Assembly: GCA_963663165.1 (NCBI GenBank)
Contig: OY760175.1
Coordinates: 6,048,001 to 6,112,000 of the forward strand
Reading direction: 5' to 3'
DNA from: an uncultured Desulfospira sp.
GTDB lineage: Bacteria; Desulfobacterota; Desulfobacteria; Desulfobacterales; Desulfobacteraceae
DNA: 64,000 bases
Shown: in pieces, positions 1-9,685 of the stretch
Position numbering within the stretch: position 1 is the stretch's first letter
Layout of the letters: every line of letters begins with the position of its first letter
Notes under the pieces: model-generated
Told to the model about the DNA's origin: nothing
The model's input: the letters and a program-made list of their open reading frames with translations, nothing else
Database searches by the model: none
Program-made: the position numbers and the translations under genes

Positions 1-129
1 ACACTCAGGGCAGACCAGCTGCCCGTCTATAATTTCATCTTCTGTTTCTATTCGGCTGTCCAGGGTGAGCGGGATTTCCTTATCCAGGCACTCGGGACAG
101 ATCAGTTCTTCAATCATCCACTTTCTCAT
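1..129 (-). CDS. Partial CDS (runs off window) with N-terminal Trm112-like zinc-ribbon, probably fused to a methyltransferase
   Basis: Manual translation from ATG at 129: MRKWMIEELICPECLDKEIPLTLDSRIETEDEIIDGQLVCPEC; two CPEC motifs; AAGGAG RBS upstream. Not in the ORF track. The methyltransferase fusion is inference. Confidence 0.7.
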   Translation of the reverse strand, partial: MRKWMIEELICPECLDKEIPLTLDSRIETEDEIIDGQLVCPEC

Positions 130-300
130 ATGAACTCCTTTTCTTTCGCGCTATCCTAAAGGAAGAGTCGCATTAATGCAACATTCCTTTCCTTTTTTAA
201 CGGATTTCAAATGGTATTTCAGGGAAGGAAAAAGACGGGAAATGCGTTGTTTCGACCGGGTTCAGTGAAAAGAATAATCGGGTTAATCCAATAAAATGGG

Positions 301-450
301 GGAGACCGAAAACCGGAGACAGGAGACCGGATGCGCCCCTCCAAGGGAACCCAACATCCGGTGTCTATCGTTACATTTTTGGTCAATGCAAGGTAGGCCC
401 AGGGAACTTGCCGTATTCGGTCTCCCGTCTACCTTCCTCCGGTCTTCCTT
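301..450 (+). repeat. Dispersed repeat family A, copy 1 (lacks the internal palindrome)
   Basis: Aligns by eye with 34681-34850 and reverse complement of 43741-43947 (CCGGATGC..CCTCCA.GGGAACCC..CATCCGG ... GGAACTTG.CG...TCGGTCTCCCGTCT). Confidence 0.8.
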
Positions 451-521
451 TTTTATAATCTGACACCTTATCTTGTTCCCTGGTTCTAAATTAAACACCC
501 CCCTTCCTGCCCGGCGGGCAT

Positions 522-573
522 AAAAAAACCGCACCGTTTCAGGAAAGCAGCTTCCTTTAACGGTGCGGTTTTT
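522..573 (-). terminator. Intrinsic terminator of the gcd operon
   Basis: Inverted repeat AAAAACCGCACCGTT / AACGGTGCGGTTTTT with A/T tracts just downstream of gcdB. Confidence 0.75.
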
Positions 574-625
574 AGGTTTAAGCCTTAAGGCCGCTGATTT
601 TAAAATTCAGGGCGTTTCCCGCTGA

Positions 626-1744
626 TCACCCGCCCAAAAGGGTTAAGAAGATACCGGCTGCGATGACGGTACCGATGACCCCGGCCACGTTGGGGCCCAT
701 GGCGTACATGAGCAGATAGTTTTTCTTATCGGCCTCCATGCCCACCTTGTGGACCACCCGGGCGGCCATGGGAACGGCCGATACCCCGGCAGCACCCAGC
801 AGCGGGTTGATCTTGTTTTTGGAAAACAGGTTCATGAGCTTGGCCAGGATCACCCCGGTCATGGTGGAGATGATAAAGGCGAACAGTCCCAGGAAAAAGA
901 CAAAGATCACCTGGGGCCGCAGGAAATTTTCCGCATTCATGGTGGCGCCCACCGGCACCCCTAAGAATATGGTGACAATATTCATCAGCTCATTCTGGGC
1001 CGCATCGTGCAGCCGTCCCACCACGCCGGATTCCCGGAACAGATTGCCGAGCATGAACATGGCGATCAGGGGCGCAGACGCCGGGACCAGCAGGATAATG
1101 ACAAAGGTCGATACAATGGGAAACAGTATTTTCTCAAGTTTTCCCACCTTTCTGCCCTTTTTCATGCGGATTTTTCTTTCATCCTCTGAGGTCAGCAGCT
1201 TCATCACCGGGGGCTGGATAATGGGCACCAGGGCCATATAGGAATAGGCGGCCACGGCACAGACCCCCAACAAAGAGGGGGCCAGCTTGGATGCCAGAAA
1301 TATGGTGGTGGGCCCGTCCGCCCCGCCGATAATGCCGATGGTGGCGGCCTCCTGAAGATCAAACCCAAAGGCCTGGGCCGCAAAAAAGGTGATGTACACC
1401 CCGGCCTGGGCCCCGGCCCCTAAAAAGATCAGCCGGGGATTGGCAATGAGCGGCCCAAAATCCGTGAGCGCCCCAAGGCCTAAAAAAATCACCGGCGGAA
1501 TGATCTCCCAGTGGATCCCGTACTCGTAAAACTTCCACAGCAGCCCTTCTTCAGGGGTCATGAGCCCTGCCAGGGGCAGGTTGACCAGGATAATCCCGAA
1601 CCCGATGGGCAGCAGGAGCAGGGGTTCATAGTTTTTGGCAATGGCAAGGTAGATCAGGACAAGGCCGATGATCCACATCACCACAATCCCCGGGGTGACA
1701 TAAAAAAGGCCGGTGGTCTGGAACAGGGAAAGGAATGATTCCAT
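626..1744 (-). CDS. gcdB: Na+-translocating decarboxylase beta subunit (glutaconyl-CoA decarboxylase)
   Basis: Hydrophobic 372 aa with [33 protein letters not shown] and [11 protein letters not shown]adB/GcdB motifs; operon with gcdA. Confidence 0.93.
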   Translation of the reverse strand: MESFLSLFQTTGLFYVTPGIVVMWIIGLVLIYLAIAKNYEPLLLLPIGFGIILVNLPLAGLMTPEEGLLWKFYEYGIHWEIIPPVIFLGLGALTDFGPLIANPRLIFLGAGAQAGVYITFFAAQAFGFDLQEAATIGIIGGADGPTTIFLASKLAPSLLGVCAVAAYSYMALVPIIQPPVMKLLTSEDERKIRMKKGRKVGKLEKILFPIVSTFVIILLVPASAPLIAMFMLGNLFRESGVVGRLHDAAQNELMNIVTIFLGVPVGATMNAENFLRPQVIFVFFLGLFAFIISTMTGVILAKLMNLFSKNKINPLLGAAGVSAVPMAARVVHKVGMEADKKNYLLMYAMGPNVAGVIGTVIAAGIFLTLLGG

Positions 1745-1902
1745 TATTTGGCCTCCTTTGATGTGTCGGACTCTGCGGCTTTACCCCGCGCTTCATAGGC
1801 GGTCACCGCAACCCCGGTCAGTCGGATGGAAAGGTAAAGAAATGCCATTCCAAGGAACACGCCGAAAATTCCCGCAACAAAAACCCCTACTGGTCCTGTC
1901 AT
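1744..1902 (-). CDS. gcdD: Decarboxylase small membrane subunit (OadG/GcdD-like)
   Basis: Start re-assigned to ATG 1902 overlapping the gcdA stop (ATGA); 52 aa with a single TM helix ([20 protein letters not shown]) between alpha and beta genes. Confidence 0.75.
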   Translation of the reverse strand: MTGPVGVFVAGIFGVFLGMAFLYLSIRLTGVAVTAYEARGKAAESDTSKEAK

Positions 1903-3662
1903 GACTGGTTCCTTTCCTTTTCCGTTGCATGGTCCCTGATAATCCTGGGCAGGATCATCTGGTGCTGGGGACAAATGGATTTGGGATTCTGGTAAGCAGA
2001 ACCGGTAAAGGCCTGCATGTACTTTCTAAGGTCGGACAGTTTGACCACCTCGTCCACCATGCCCTGTTTGGCGCAGAACAGCGGGGTGGAGGTGTCTTTG
2101 TATTTCTGGGCCAGCTGGTTCATCTTTTCCACTACCGGAGAAAGATCCCTTCCGGCTTCCTTTTCTTTTACCAGGCGTCTGGCATAGGTGGCCACCGCCG
2201 CGGTTTCCCCGTGCATCACCTGGATTTCAGTGGCACAGGTGCCCAGGGTAAAGGCGTTGTTCCGGTTGGCCTGGGGACCGCCCATGACATAATGGGCGGC
2301 CGCACTGCCCTTGCGAAGGATGGCCAGCATCATGGGAAGGCCGGACTGCTGGATGGAATAGATCAGGGACTGGCCAAGGCCGAGCAGCTCAGCCTTTTCG
2401 GCAATATCGCCCACATCAATTCCAGAGGTATCCTGGAACCAGATCACCGGAATTCTGTCCCGGCCGCACAGGGTCACAAACTCGTTCATCTTGATCAGGC
2501 CCTGGCGGTACAGCTTGGACCCGATGCCCGGATAATCGGCATACTCGGGATACCCTTTGCCCAAATACCCCTGGCGGTTGCCGATGCAGGCCACCAGATA
2601 TCCGTCCACTTTGCACAGCCCGGTGTAAATTTCAGGACCATAGTCAGGCCGGTATTCCATATGCTCGGAACCGTCCACCAGGCGGGCCAGGATTTCATCA
2701 AAATCGTACACGGTTTTAGGCGCCAGGGGCAGCAGACGCATGACATCATCCGCCTCAAAGGCCGGGGCCTTGGGTTCGGCTACCCGGAAAAAGACCGGAT
2801 CATAGGCCGGCATTTTGGCCATATAATCCTTGACGCCGTCCAGGACCTCTTTTTCTTCCTTGTACACATACCGGAAAAACCCGGTATGGTCATAGTGGGT
2901 GGAGACGGCTCCCGGGGGTTTGGCCCGGTGTTCTTTGGCTTTTGTCACCAGATCTTCAGCCATGTCCACGGTGAACCCGCCCTGGGGGGCCATGCCGCTG
3001 ACAATACCGGCACCGCCTACGGCCATGTTGCATTTTTCATGGGCAAACAAAATCGTGGGGGAAATGGACTGGTATCCGCCGCCGGCCGGATTGGTGCCGT
3101 AAATGGCGGCCAGAACCGGGATGCCCTCCTGCTCAAGCTCAGCATGGCGGAAAAAGGGTGTTCCCGCACCCCGCCGGTTGGCATAGAACTTTTCCTGCTC
3201 AGTGAGTTTGGCACCGCTGCAGTTGACCAACCAGACCAGGGGCACGTTCAGCCGTTTGGCAAGGTCGGTAACCCTCAGGATGTTTTCCGACTGGCCGGCC
3301 AGCCAGGCACCGGCCATGACCTTGTTGTCAAATCCGATCAGAACGCACCATTTGCCGGAAATCTTGGCCAGACCGTCAATGACGTTGGTGGTGCCTTCCA
3401 CGTTATCGGCCGGGTTAAACAGGGTGTGAAGGGGGGTAAAGGTGCCCGGATCGACAATGTATTCAATCCGCTGCCATACGGTCATCTGTCCCCGCTGGTT
3501 GATTTTTTCTTCGGGGAGCCCTGCGTTTTTAACCTCGTTGACAGCGGCGTCAATGCCCTGTTCCGCTGCAGTTACGGCATCATAATTTTCCTGGGTCCGC
3601 TTCAGGGTGCCTGCTTTTAAGGCTTTCCCAAACGGGGCCATATGTTCAAAATAGGATCTCAT
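1899..3662 (-). CDS. gcdA: Glutaconyl-CoA decarboxylase alpha (carboxyltransferase) subunit
   Basis: 587-aa carboxyltransferase with GTNPAGGGY, AVGGAGIVSGM, LRKGSAAAHYVMGGP and C-terminal SICPQHQMILPR typical of GcdA. Confidence 0.92.
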   Translation of the reverse strand: MRSYFEHMAPFGKALKAGTLKRTQENYDAVTAAEQGIDAAVNEVKNAGLPEEKINQRGQMTVWQRIEYIVDPGTFTPLHTLFNPADNVEGTTNVIDGLAKISGKWCVLIGFDNKVMAGAWLAGQSENILRVTDLAKRLNVPLVWLVNCSGAKLTEQEKFYANRRGAGTPFFRHAELEQEGIPVLAAIYGTNPAGGGYQSISPTILFAHEKCNMAVGGAGIVSGMAPQGGFTVDMAEDLVTKAKEHRAKPPGAVSTHYDHTGFFRYVYKEEKEVLDGVKDYMAKMPAYDPVFFRVAEPKAPAFEADDVMRLLPLAPKTVYDFDEILARLVDGSEHMEYRPDYGPEIYTGLCKVDGYLVACIGNRQGYLGKGYPEYADYPGIGSKLYRQGLIKMNEFVTLCGRDRIPVIWFQDTSGIDVGDIAEKAELLGLGQSLIYSIQQSGLPMMLAILRKGSAAAHYVMGGPQANRNNAFTLGTCATEIQVMHGETAAVATYARRLVKEKEAGRDLSPVVEKMNQLAQKYKDTSTPLFCAKQGMVDEVVKLSDLRKYMQAFTGSAYQNPKSICPQHQMILPRIIRDHATEKERNQS

Positions 3663-3696
3663 TTAAAACCTTCCTTGAAGTAGAAAAGAGTGGAAA

Positions 3697-3912
3697 CTAG
3701 TCAATTACCGCCAGCAGATCGTCTTCTTCAACGGAATCACCTTCCTTGACCTTGATTTCCGATACCGTACCGGAACAGGGTGCAAACACAGGGGTTTCCA
3801 TTTTCATGGCCTCAATGACCATGATTTCGTCATCTTCTTCCACGGCAGCACCGGGCTCAAGGCTCAGGCTGACAATTTTTCCGGACAGGGGGGCTAATAC
3901 GTCTTCAGACAT
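3697..3912 (-). CDS. gcdC: Biotin carboxyl carrier subunit
   Basis: 71 aa with EAMKME biotinylation motif. Confidence 0.9.
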   Translation of the reverse strand: MSEDVLAPLSGKIVSLSLEPGAAVEEDDEIMVIEAMKMETPVFAPCSGTVSEIKVKEGDSVEEDDLLAVID

Positions 3913-4076
3913 GGGGGTCTCCTTTTTTGTATGCTTTTGGCTGTTAGCTATTTGCTGTCAGCGGTTATTGGGCTGTCAAATTTTTGCACTTATTGGCCAG
4001 ACTCTGCAATAAAATGACAGCTAAAGGCCAATAATATTCAACAAATTAACCCAAATCAATACTAAATGCTATTTTT

Positions 4077-4122
4077 TGTCAAGAAATTTTTAATCAGATT
4101 TTTAATCAGATTTTCCTTGACA
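4077..4122. promoter_or_regulatory. Divergent promoter region with tandem 12-bp direct repeat
   Basis: ATTTTTAATCAG x2 (4086-4109) between back-to-back TTGACA hexamers (minus 4077-4082, plus 4117-4122). Confidence 0.55.
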
Positions 4123-4181
4123 TCAACTGAAAATTTCTGTTTATCTAACCCTATAGTGCCAAATAACCTTAAGGAGACAAT

Positions 4182-5345
4182 ATGGATTTTCAATTATCTA
4201 AAGAACTTCAAATGCTTCAAAAAGAAGTCAGAAAATTTGCCAAAAAACAGATTGAGCCCTATGCCGACCAGTGGGATCAGGACCATTATCTGCCTATTAA
4301 AGAGGTAATGAAACCTTTGGGCGAGCTCGGATACTTCGGTACCGTGATTCCCGAAGAATACGGCGGAGAGGATATGGGATTCCTGGCCGCCATGATCGTC
4401 ACCGAAGAACTGGCAAGGGTGAGCTCATCTTTGCGGGTGCAGGTCAACATGCAGGTTCTGGGCTGCGCCTATACCATTTTCAGATACGGCAATGACGAAG
4501 TTAAAAAGAAATATGTCGAAAAACTTTGCACCGCCGAATATATCGGTGGATTCGGCATTACCGAGCCCGATGCCGGTTCCGATGTCATGGCCATGAGCTC
4601 CACCGCAGAAGACAAAGGGGACCACTGGCTCCTCAACGGCAACAAGACCTGGATCTCCAACGCCAATGTGGCCGATGTACTGCTCTACTATGCCTACACA
4701 GACAAATCCGCCGGCTCCAAGGGATTGTCCGCCTTTGTCATTGAACCCAAAAACTTTGAAGGCATCAAGACATCTTCCCTTGAAAAAATGGGATCCCATT
4801 CTTCCCCTACAGGCGAACTGTTCCTGGACAACGTCAAGGTGCCCAAGGAAAATATCCTGGGCAAACCCGGCGACGGCGCCAAGATCGTATTCTCCTCCCT
4901 TAACCAGACCCGTCTGTCTGCTGCCGCCGGCGGCATTGGGCTTGCCCAGGCCTGCCTGGATGCGGCCACCAAGTATTGCAACGAAAGAAAGCAGTTCGGC
5001 AAAAAGATTGGTGAATTCCAGATGAACCAGGACATGATCGCCCAGATGACCGCAGAAATCGAAGCCGCCAGACTGGTGGTTTACAAAGCGGCCTGGGCCA
5101 AAGACCAGGGCAATCTCAACAACGGGCTGGACGTTGCCATGGCCAAATACCTGTCCGGCGAAGTCGTTTCCAAGTGTGCCAACTATGCCATGAGAATCCT
5201 GGGCGCTTACGGGTATTCAACTGAATATCCGGTGGCCAGATACTATAAAGACGCCCCCACGTATTACATGGTGGAAGGGTCTGCCAATATCTGCAAGTGG
5301 ATTATTGCCCTGGACCAGCTGGGCATCAGGAAAGCCAATCGGTAA
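4182..5345 (+). CDS. acd: Glutaryl-CoA dehydrogenase, non-decarboxylating (acyl-CoA dehydrogenase family)
   Basis: FGITEPDAGSD, LNGNKTWISN, RKQFG, GAYGYSTEYPV and MVEGSANICK motifs; divergent from gcdCADB. Confidence 0.88.
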   Translation: MDFQLSKELQMLQKEVRKFAKKQIEPYADQWDQDHYLPIKEVMKPLGELGYFGTVIPEEYGGEDMGFLAAMIVTEELARVSSSLRVQVNMQVLGCAYTIFRYGNDEVKKKYVEKLCTAEYIGGFGITEPDAGSDVMAMSSTAEDKGDHWLLNGNKTWISNANVADVLLYYAYTDKSAGSKGLSAFVIEPKNFEGIKTSSLEKMGSHSSPTGELFLDNVKVPKENILGKPGDGAKIVFSSLNQTRLSAAAGGIGLAQACLDAATKYCNERKQFGKKIGEFQMNQDMIAQMTAEIEAARLVVYKAAWAKDQGNLNNGLDVAMAKYLSGEVVSKCANYAMRILGAYGYSTEYPVARYYKDAPTYYMVEGSANICKWIIALDQLGIRKANR

Positions 5346-5410
5346 TTGGCTGTTAGCTGTTAGCCATTAGCTTTTAACGGTTAGCCTTCAGCTGACCTGA
5401 AAAAAATATA

Positions 5411-5451
5411 AAAAGTTATTCCCCGGATTTTCCTGGGGAATAACTTTTTTT
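5411..5451 (+). terminator. Intrinsic terminator after acd
   Basis: AAAAGTTATTCCCC / GGGGAATAACTTTT stem followed by a T-tract. Confidence 0.8.
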
Positions 5452-5519
5452 CAATAAAACCAAGCCTGACGGATATGCATCTTCATCCTTCAGCCTTCAT
5501 CCTTTTTTACAGGAGCCCC

Positions 5520-5912
5520 ATGGATCCCAAAGAGATTGCCAAAAAAACCGGCGACACCGCCAAGCTTTATTTTTCCACGGTAAAAGATGAGGACAAGCCC
5601 TATAATCTGTGGAAATACTTTGACAAGGGCCTGGCAAAAGACATGTCCCTGTATATCACAGGCCAGATGTACGCCAGGGAAAAAATTCCCCATCCCACCC
5701 GTCAGCTGATCACGGTGGCGGCCCTGACCGTCCTGTGCAAACCCGAAGAGCTCAAGCTCCACATTCATGCCGCCCTGAATGTGGGATGCACCAGCGAGGA
5801 AATCGCAGAGGTGATTTTCCAAACCAGTATTTACGGCGGGGTTCCGGCCGCGAATACGGCCCTGTCTGCATTAAAAGAAGTCCTTGAAGAGCGGACGGTG
5901 GATAAAGAATAG
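5520..5912 (+). CDS. Carboxymuconolactone decarboxylase (CMD/AhpD-like) family protein
   Basis: RQLITVAAL..L...EELKLHIHAALNVG.T.EEI.EVI.Q...YGGVPAA pattern; start moved to ATG 5520 behind AGGAG. Confidence 0.85.
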   Translation: MDPKEIAKKTGDTAKLYFSTVKDEDKPYNLWKYFDKGLAKDMSLYITGQMYAREKIPHPTRQLITVAALTVLCKPEELKLHIHAALNVGCTSEEIAEVIFQTSIYGGVPAANTALSALKEVLEERTVDKE

Positions 5913-5913
5913 T

Positions 5914-5968
5914 TAGTGTTTGGACGAAAAGCCACCCATCTGATGGGTGGCTTTTCGTTTACACACTA
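5914..5968. repeat. Palindromic repeat family C (MITE-like), short copy
   Basis: TAGTGTTTGGACGAAAAGCCACCCATC / GATGGGTGGCTTTTCGTTTACACACTA hairpin; related to 52509-52607. Confidence 0.7.
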
Positions 5969-6058
5969 TATAAAAGTCTCACTAACATCTTGAGAAGACA
6001 CTCATTATTCGTTGTGGACAGTTCATGGTTGGATAACCCAGACGGCCCGTGGCCGTTA
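5966..6058 (-). repeat. Dispersed ~95-bp repeat family B copy
   Basis: Reverse complement reads TAACGGCCACGGGCCG..GGTTATCCAACC..CCACAACGAATAATGA..GTTAGTGAGACTTT, matching 11938-12033 and 52607-52700. Confidence 0.8.
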
Positions 6059-6194
6059 TCGATAGAATGGCCCTGAATGAAAATTATTTGCTAAATTATA
6101 TTCAATTTTGATTAACTCATTGAATCTATAGAATAAAAAGCCAGTTCCCGATTGTGATTTATCGGTTCGGAAAGCAAGTTTTCATGCTTTGGTT

Positions 6195-6248
6195 GACAAA
6201 AAGGAAGTCCCTATCATATACTTTGCCCGACAAAAGGAAGTTCCTATC
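6195..6248. promoter_or_regulatory. Direct repeat, candidate transcription-factor sites
   Basis: GACAAAA(A)GGAAGT(C/T)CCTATC twice, 33 bp apart, upstream of the PEP-CTERM gene. Confidence 0.5.
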
Positions 6249-6514
6249 TTAATATCAACAGGCATGTGTGAAAAAAATGTTACAGGGTTGGGAAAAAAAT
6301 GTTATAAAACTGGAAAATTTTTTCACATCGGGTTGTTGCCAAACTGGTGGGCCAATCCCTTTTTATTGTTAATGGACGATTAGATTTTAATGGCTTGACG
6401 GAGTATTTTGGTTGGATTATTATCAATATAACAAGTGAGTTACGAATGATTAAACCAAAGGCCGTTTCCGGCATCTGTTGAGCAATATCAGATTTTAAAA
6501 CCATTTTACACCTA

Positions 6515-6530
6515 AGGCATAGAGTTTGCA
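6515..6530 (+). promoter_or_regulatory. Sigma-54 promoter
   Basis: AGGCAT-AGAGT-TTGCA, GG-N10-GC spacing, about 80 bp upstream of the PEP-CTERM ATG. Confidence 0.6.
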
Positions 6531-6608
6531 TTAATAATATTCTGTAATCAGAATCGAAAAGATTTCATATCATGAAATCAATAAATTTGTTTTTAACAAA
6601 AGGAGACA

Positions 6609-7301
6609 ATGAAATTGAAAAATTTACTACGAATGTTAGCGATTGCCGGATTCTTATTCCTGGCATCAGCCGCTCAGGCTGCAACTACAACTTTTGATTT
6701 AAACCTGAATGTTTTGGGTAGTCAGTACAGTAACCTTATCGGTATTGACTCCATTATTTTTAACGGCACCCCAACTTTAACTCTATCTTATGATAATAAC
6801 GACATGAACAGCACAACCGGAACTTTCAAAGAATCCGGTACCGGCTTTATCAATCTTTACACTGTGTCTGGCTCTACGGGTATATCTCTTGGCCTTGAGA
6901 AGGATCTGACTTTTGACTTTACGGATCTGAAAGGGACTTGGGAATATGATGCTGGCACTGGTCTGACAACTATCACCTTTGATCCCAATCAAACAATAAA
7001 TCTAATTTATGATAGCACCACCTATGCAACTTTTACCTTGGGGGACAACTCGACTGGAACGGTTGATCGAAGTGCCACTGTGTCCGTCATTACACAAACC
7101 TATTACCTTGAGTTGACTGGCAATAGTAAAGGCCTTTTAGGGGGTGCTAGCCTTTTCGAAGCCACCATAGGTGCATTTGGCTTTAATGATACCTATTATA
7201 CAATGACCGGTAACGCAACTGCCGTAGTCCCCATTCCTGGCAGTTTCCTGCTTATTGGTTCAGGCTTAGTCTGCCTGGTTGGCATCCGCCGCAAAGCTTA
7301 A
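6609..7301 (+). CDS. PEP-CTERM (VPLPA-type) surface protein, Thr-rich
   Basis: Signal peptide ending AAQA; C-terminal VPIPGSFLLIGSGLVCLVGIRRKA exosortase signal. Confidence 0.9.
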   Translation: MKLKNLLRMLAIAGFLFLASAAQAATTTFDLNLNVLGSQYSNLIGIDSIIFNGTPTLTLSYDNNDMNSTTGTFKESGTGFINLYTVSGSTGISLGLEKDLTFDFTDLKGTWEYDAGTGLTTITFDPNQTINLIYDSTTYATFTLGDNSTGTVDRSATVSVITQTYYLELTGNSKGLLGGASLFEATIGAFGFNDTYYTMTGNATAVVPIPGSFLLIGSGLVCLVGIRRKA

Positions 7302-7328
7302 GATTTATCGATATTATAATTTAAATTT

Positions 7329-7363
7329 AAAAAGGGGCCGGCTTTTATCCGGCCCCTTTTTTT
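7329..7363 (+). terminator. Intrinsic terminator
   Basis: AAAAAGGGGCCGG / CCGGCCCCTTTTT stem with T-tract. Confidence 0.85.
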
Positions 7364-7397
7364 ATGCTTAAACTGAGGCCATTAACCTCTTTTCTTC

Positions 7398-9089
7398 GTA
7401 ACTACTCACCCCATAAAAAAATGTAAAAATTTAAAAAAAAGACTTGACAGGTTTTTTGAGGTCAATTTTAAAATTTTTTAAATGGTCACCAAATCCTTTG
7501 TTAAAGCATGCTGGCGCTTATTTATCCAGAAATTTACCGTAAAATCATGACAGATGATGCCGAATACATAGAAAATCCGCTATAGAGCAAATCTCGAGCC
7601 GCCAAAAACCCGTGTTATAATGCTGACATGGCAACGGTAGATAAAAATAGTGTTCGGGAAGAAATAGCCCGTCTAAAAAAGGATTTTGAAAATCTTTGTG
7701 CTGAGGGCAAAGTATCTCCTGAGATGCGGGCTCTGATGAACAGCATGCTCCTTATTGTGGAATTGATACTATCTATCTTCCTTGAGAAAAAGACCCGCAA
7801 AGATAACAAAAACTCAAGTCTACCGTCTTCACAAACATCTAAGGATGAGACCTCCAAATCAGATCCTGGAAGTAAAGGAAAGGGCAAAGAGGTCAGCGGT
7901 AAGCTTAGCAATGCCCGCACAAAATCAACCGTCACCGTTGCGCAAGCTGTAACATGTAATGTATGTGGTCAGCCGCTTGATCAAGCACCCTGCCAGGGAT
8001 ATGAGCGGCGTACCAAAATAGATATCATTTTTGAAAAAGTCGTGGATCATGTTGATGCCGAAATCAAAGAGTGCCCCAACTGTAACACGACGGTCAAAGG
8101 ACAATTTCCAGAGGATATGCCAGGCCCTCTGCAATATGGGAATGGACTCAAAGCATTTGTCATTCACTTGATCATCAGCCAAATGGTTGCACTCAACCGA
8201 GTTCAAAAGCAGATTTCTGCAATGAACGGTGTGGTAATTTCAGAAGCAACCCTTATAAAGTTTGTCTGGCGACTTTTTCAAGCACTTGAAAGGTGGGAGG
8301 TCAAATCGATAGAAGACATTCTTCATGCCCCATCAATTCATGTTGACGAGACATCCTTTCGGGTGGATCGAAAAAATCACTGGATACATGTATATTCCTC
8401 CGGAGGCACCACCTTGAAGCTACTTCACCGAAAGCGAGGCAAGGAGGCGATAGTCGATTTGAATATTATTCCCCGCTATGGCGGGGTAATAATCCACGAT
8501 TGCTGGGCATCATACCTGTCGTACGATCATTGTGGACATGGACTTTGTGGTTCCCATCTATTGAGGGAACTGACATTTATTGTTGAATCCAATCAGTACA
8601 GGTGGGCTGCTAATATGAAAAAGCTTTTACAGGAAACTTGTCATAAAGTAGCAAAGCGGGAAGAAAAGTGTTTGGCAGATAAAGAATACGCTAATTTGCA
8701 AAAACGATTCCGTAACATTCTTACACGAGGTGATAAAGAGCTGCCGGAAATCCCGCCAAAACCAAAAGGAAAACGAGGTAAAATGGCCAAATCAGATGCC
8801 CATAATTTGTGGGAAAGGCTTAAAAATAATGAAGCGGCCGTTTTGCTGTTTGCCAAGGACCCATATGTTCCATTCACTAATAATCGGGCAGAACGCGATC
8901 TTCGGATGGCAAAGGTAAAACAGAAAATATCAGGTTGTTTTCGATGTCAGCAATATGCTCATGCTTATTGTCGAATTTCAAGCTACCTGCAAACCATGGC
9001 AAACAAAGGCGTGAATCCTCTTGTTGCCATTCAGCTTGCTTTGGCAGGTGAAATCCCCGGTGTCGATTTTGACCGGGGTGAGTAGTTAC
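7398..9089 (+). mobile_element. IS66-family insertion sequence (single-ORF, ISBst12-like)
   Basis: 15-bp TIR GTAACTACTCACCCC / GGGGTGAGTAGTTAC; 8-bp target duplication TTTTCTTC at 7390-7397 and 9090-9097. Confidence 0.93.
7628..9085 (+). CDS. IS66-family transposase
   Basis: NSSLPSS, two CxxC pairs, HVDET, IHDCW, LCGSHLLREL, PFTNNRAERDLRMAKVKQKISG motifs. Confidence 0.93.
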   Translation: MATVDKNSVREEIARLKKDFENLCAEGKVSPEMRALMNSMLLIVELILSIFLEKKTRKDNKNSSLPSSQTSKDETSKSDPGSKGKGKEVSGKLSNARTKSTVTVAQAVTCNVCGQPLDQAPCQGYERRTKIDIIFEKVVDHVDAEIKECPNCNTTVKGQFPEDMPGPLQYGNGLKAFVIHLIISQMVALNRVQKQISAMNGVVISEATLIKFVWRLFQALERWEVKSIEDILHAPSIHVDETSFRVDRKNHWIHVYSSGGTTLKLLHRKRGKEAIVDLNIIPRYGGVIIHDCWASYLSYDHCGHGLCGSHLLRELTFIVESNQYRWAANMKKLLQETCHKVAKREEKCLADKEYANLQKRFRNILTRGDKELPEIPPKPKGKRGKMAKSDAHNLWERLKNNEAAVLLFAKDPYVPFTNNRAERDLRMAKVKQKISGCFRCQQYAHAYCRISSYLQTMANKGVNPLVAIQLALAGEIPGVDFDRGE

Positions 9090-9685
9090 TTTTCTTCTTG
9101 AATTCGTGACCGATTAATACAAGGCAGGAAAACCAAACAACGGCTCTGCCTGGAAACCGGTACGTTCAAAAACGCATGGATTTAAAATTCAAGCCTACCG
9201 GAAATAGCCGGTTGAATAACGTCACTCTATATCAAGATGGCCCTTAGACTTTTTCCAAAAATAATGTTCAAGATATCTTTTAATCATCTCCTTTGCATTT
9301 TGCATGACGGCTTTGCCGATGGTTCATGCAACCCATCATAAAAAATAACCACGGGCAAAATGCTGCCGCCCCAAGGGGCGGGTTTTAACTTTGCTGGAAC
9401 CATAACAGTCCGCCACTTTTTGATAACCGCATCCCCCCTCACAGCATCAAATCGCCCTTAAAAATAATGGATTAAAATTTCTGGTCTCCTTGGATTAAGT
9501 TTTGACTTTTTAATTCTTATTCTGGTATGGTAAATAAATTAAAAAAATCGTGTTCTCCGCCCTGTTTGCGATAAGAGATTTGTAACGCATGGAAACTGCG
9601 CCAACATTTCACATTCTTGAATATGTGATGTCATATTTAGTATACCATCAAGGGAATATAACTTTACGAAAAAAAGGAGAAAGAG

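Noticed and set aside
283..534. 83-aa ORF, and likewise 34652-34930, 43679-43966 and 52672-52935
   Set aside because: They run through dispersed repeats and terminators with no protein motif.
1929..3620. Long 563-aa ORF antisense to gcdA, and similar shadow ORFs opposite other genes
   Set aside because: They mirror well-supported genes on the other strand, have no recognisable motifs, and are expected from codon bias in GC-rich genes.
6238..6248. GAAGTTCCTAT resembles the yeast FRT binding element
   Set aside because: Copies are direct, not inverted around an 8-bp spacer, and there is no vector sequence; a native regulator site is more plausible.
9100..9480. Riboswitch (e.g. c-di-GMP) upstream of the Cache/MCP genes
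   Set aside because: Only short isolated hairpins are present and I could not match a known aptamer consensus.
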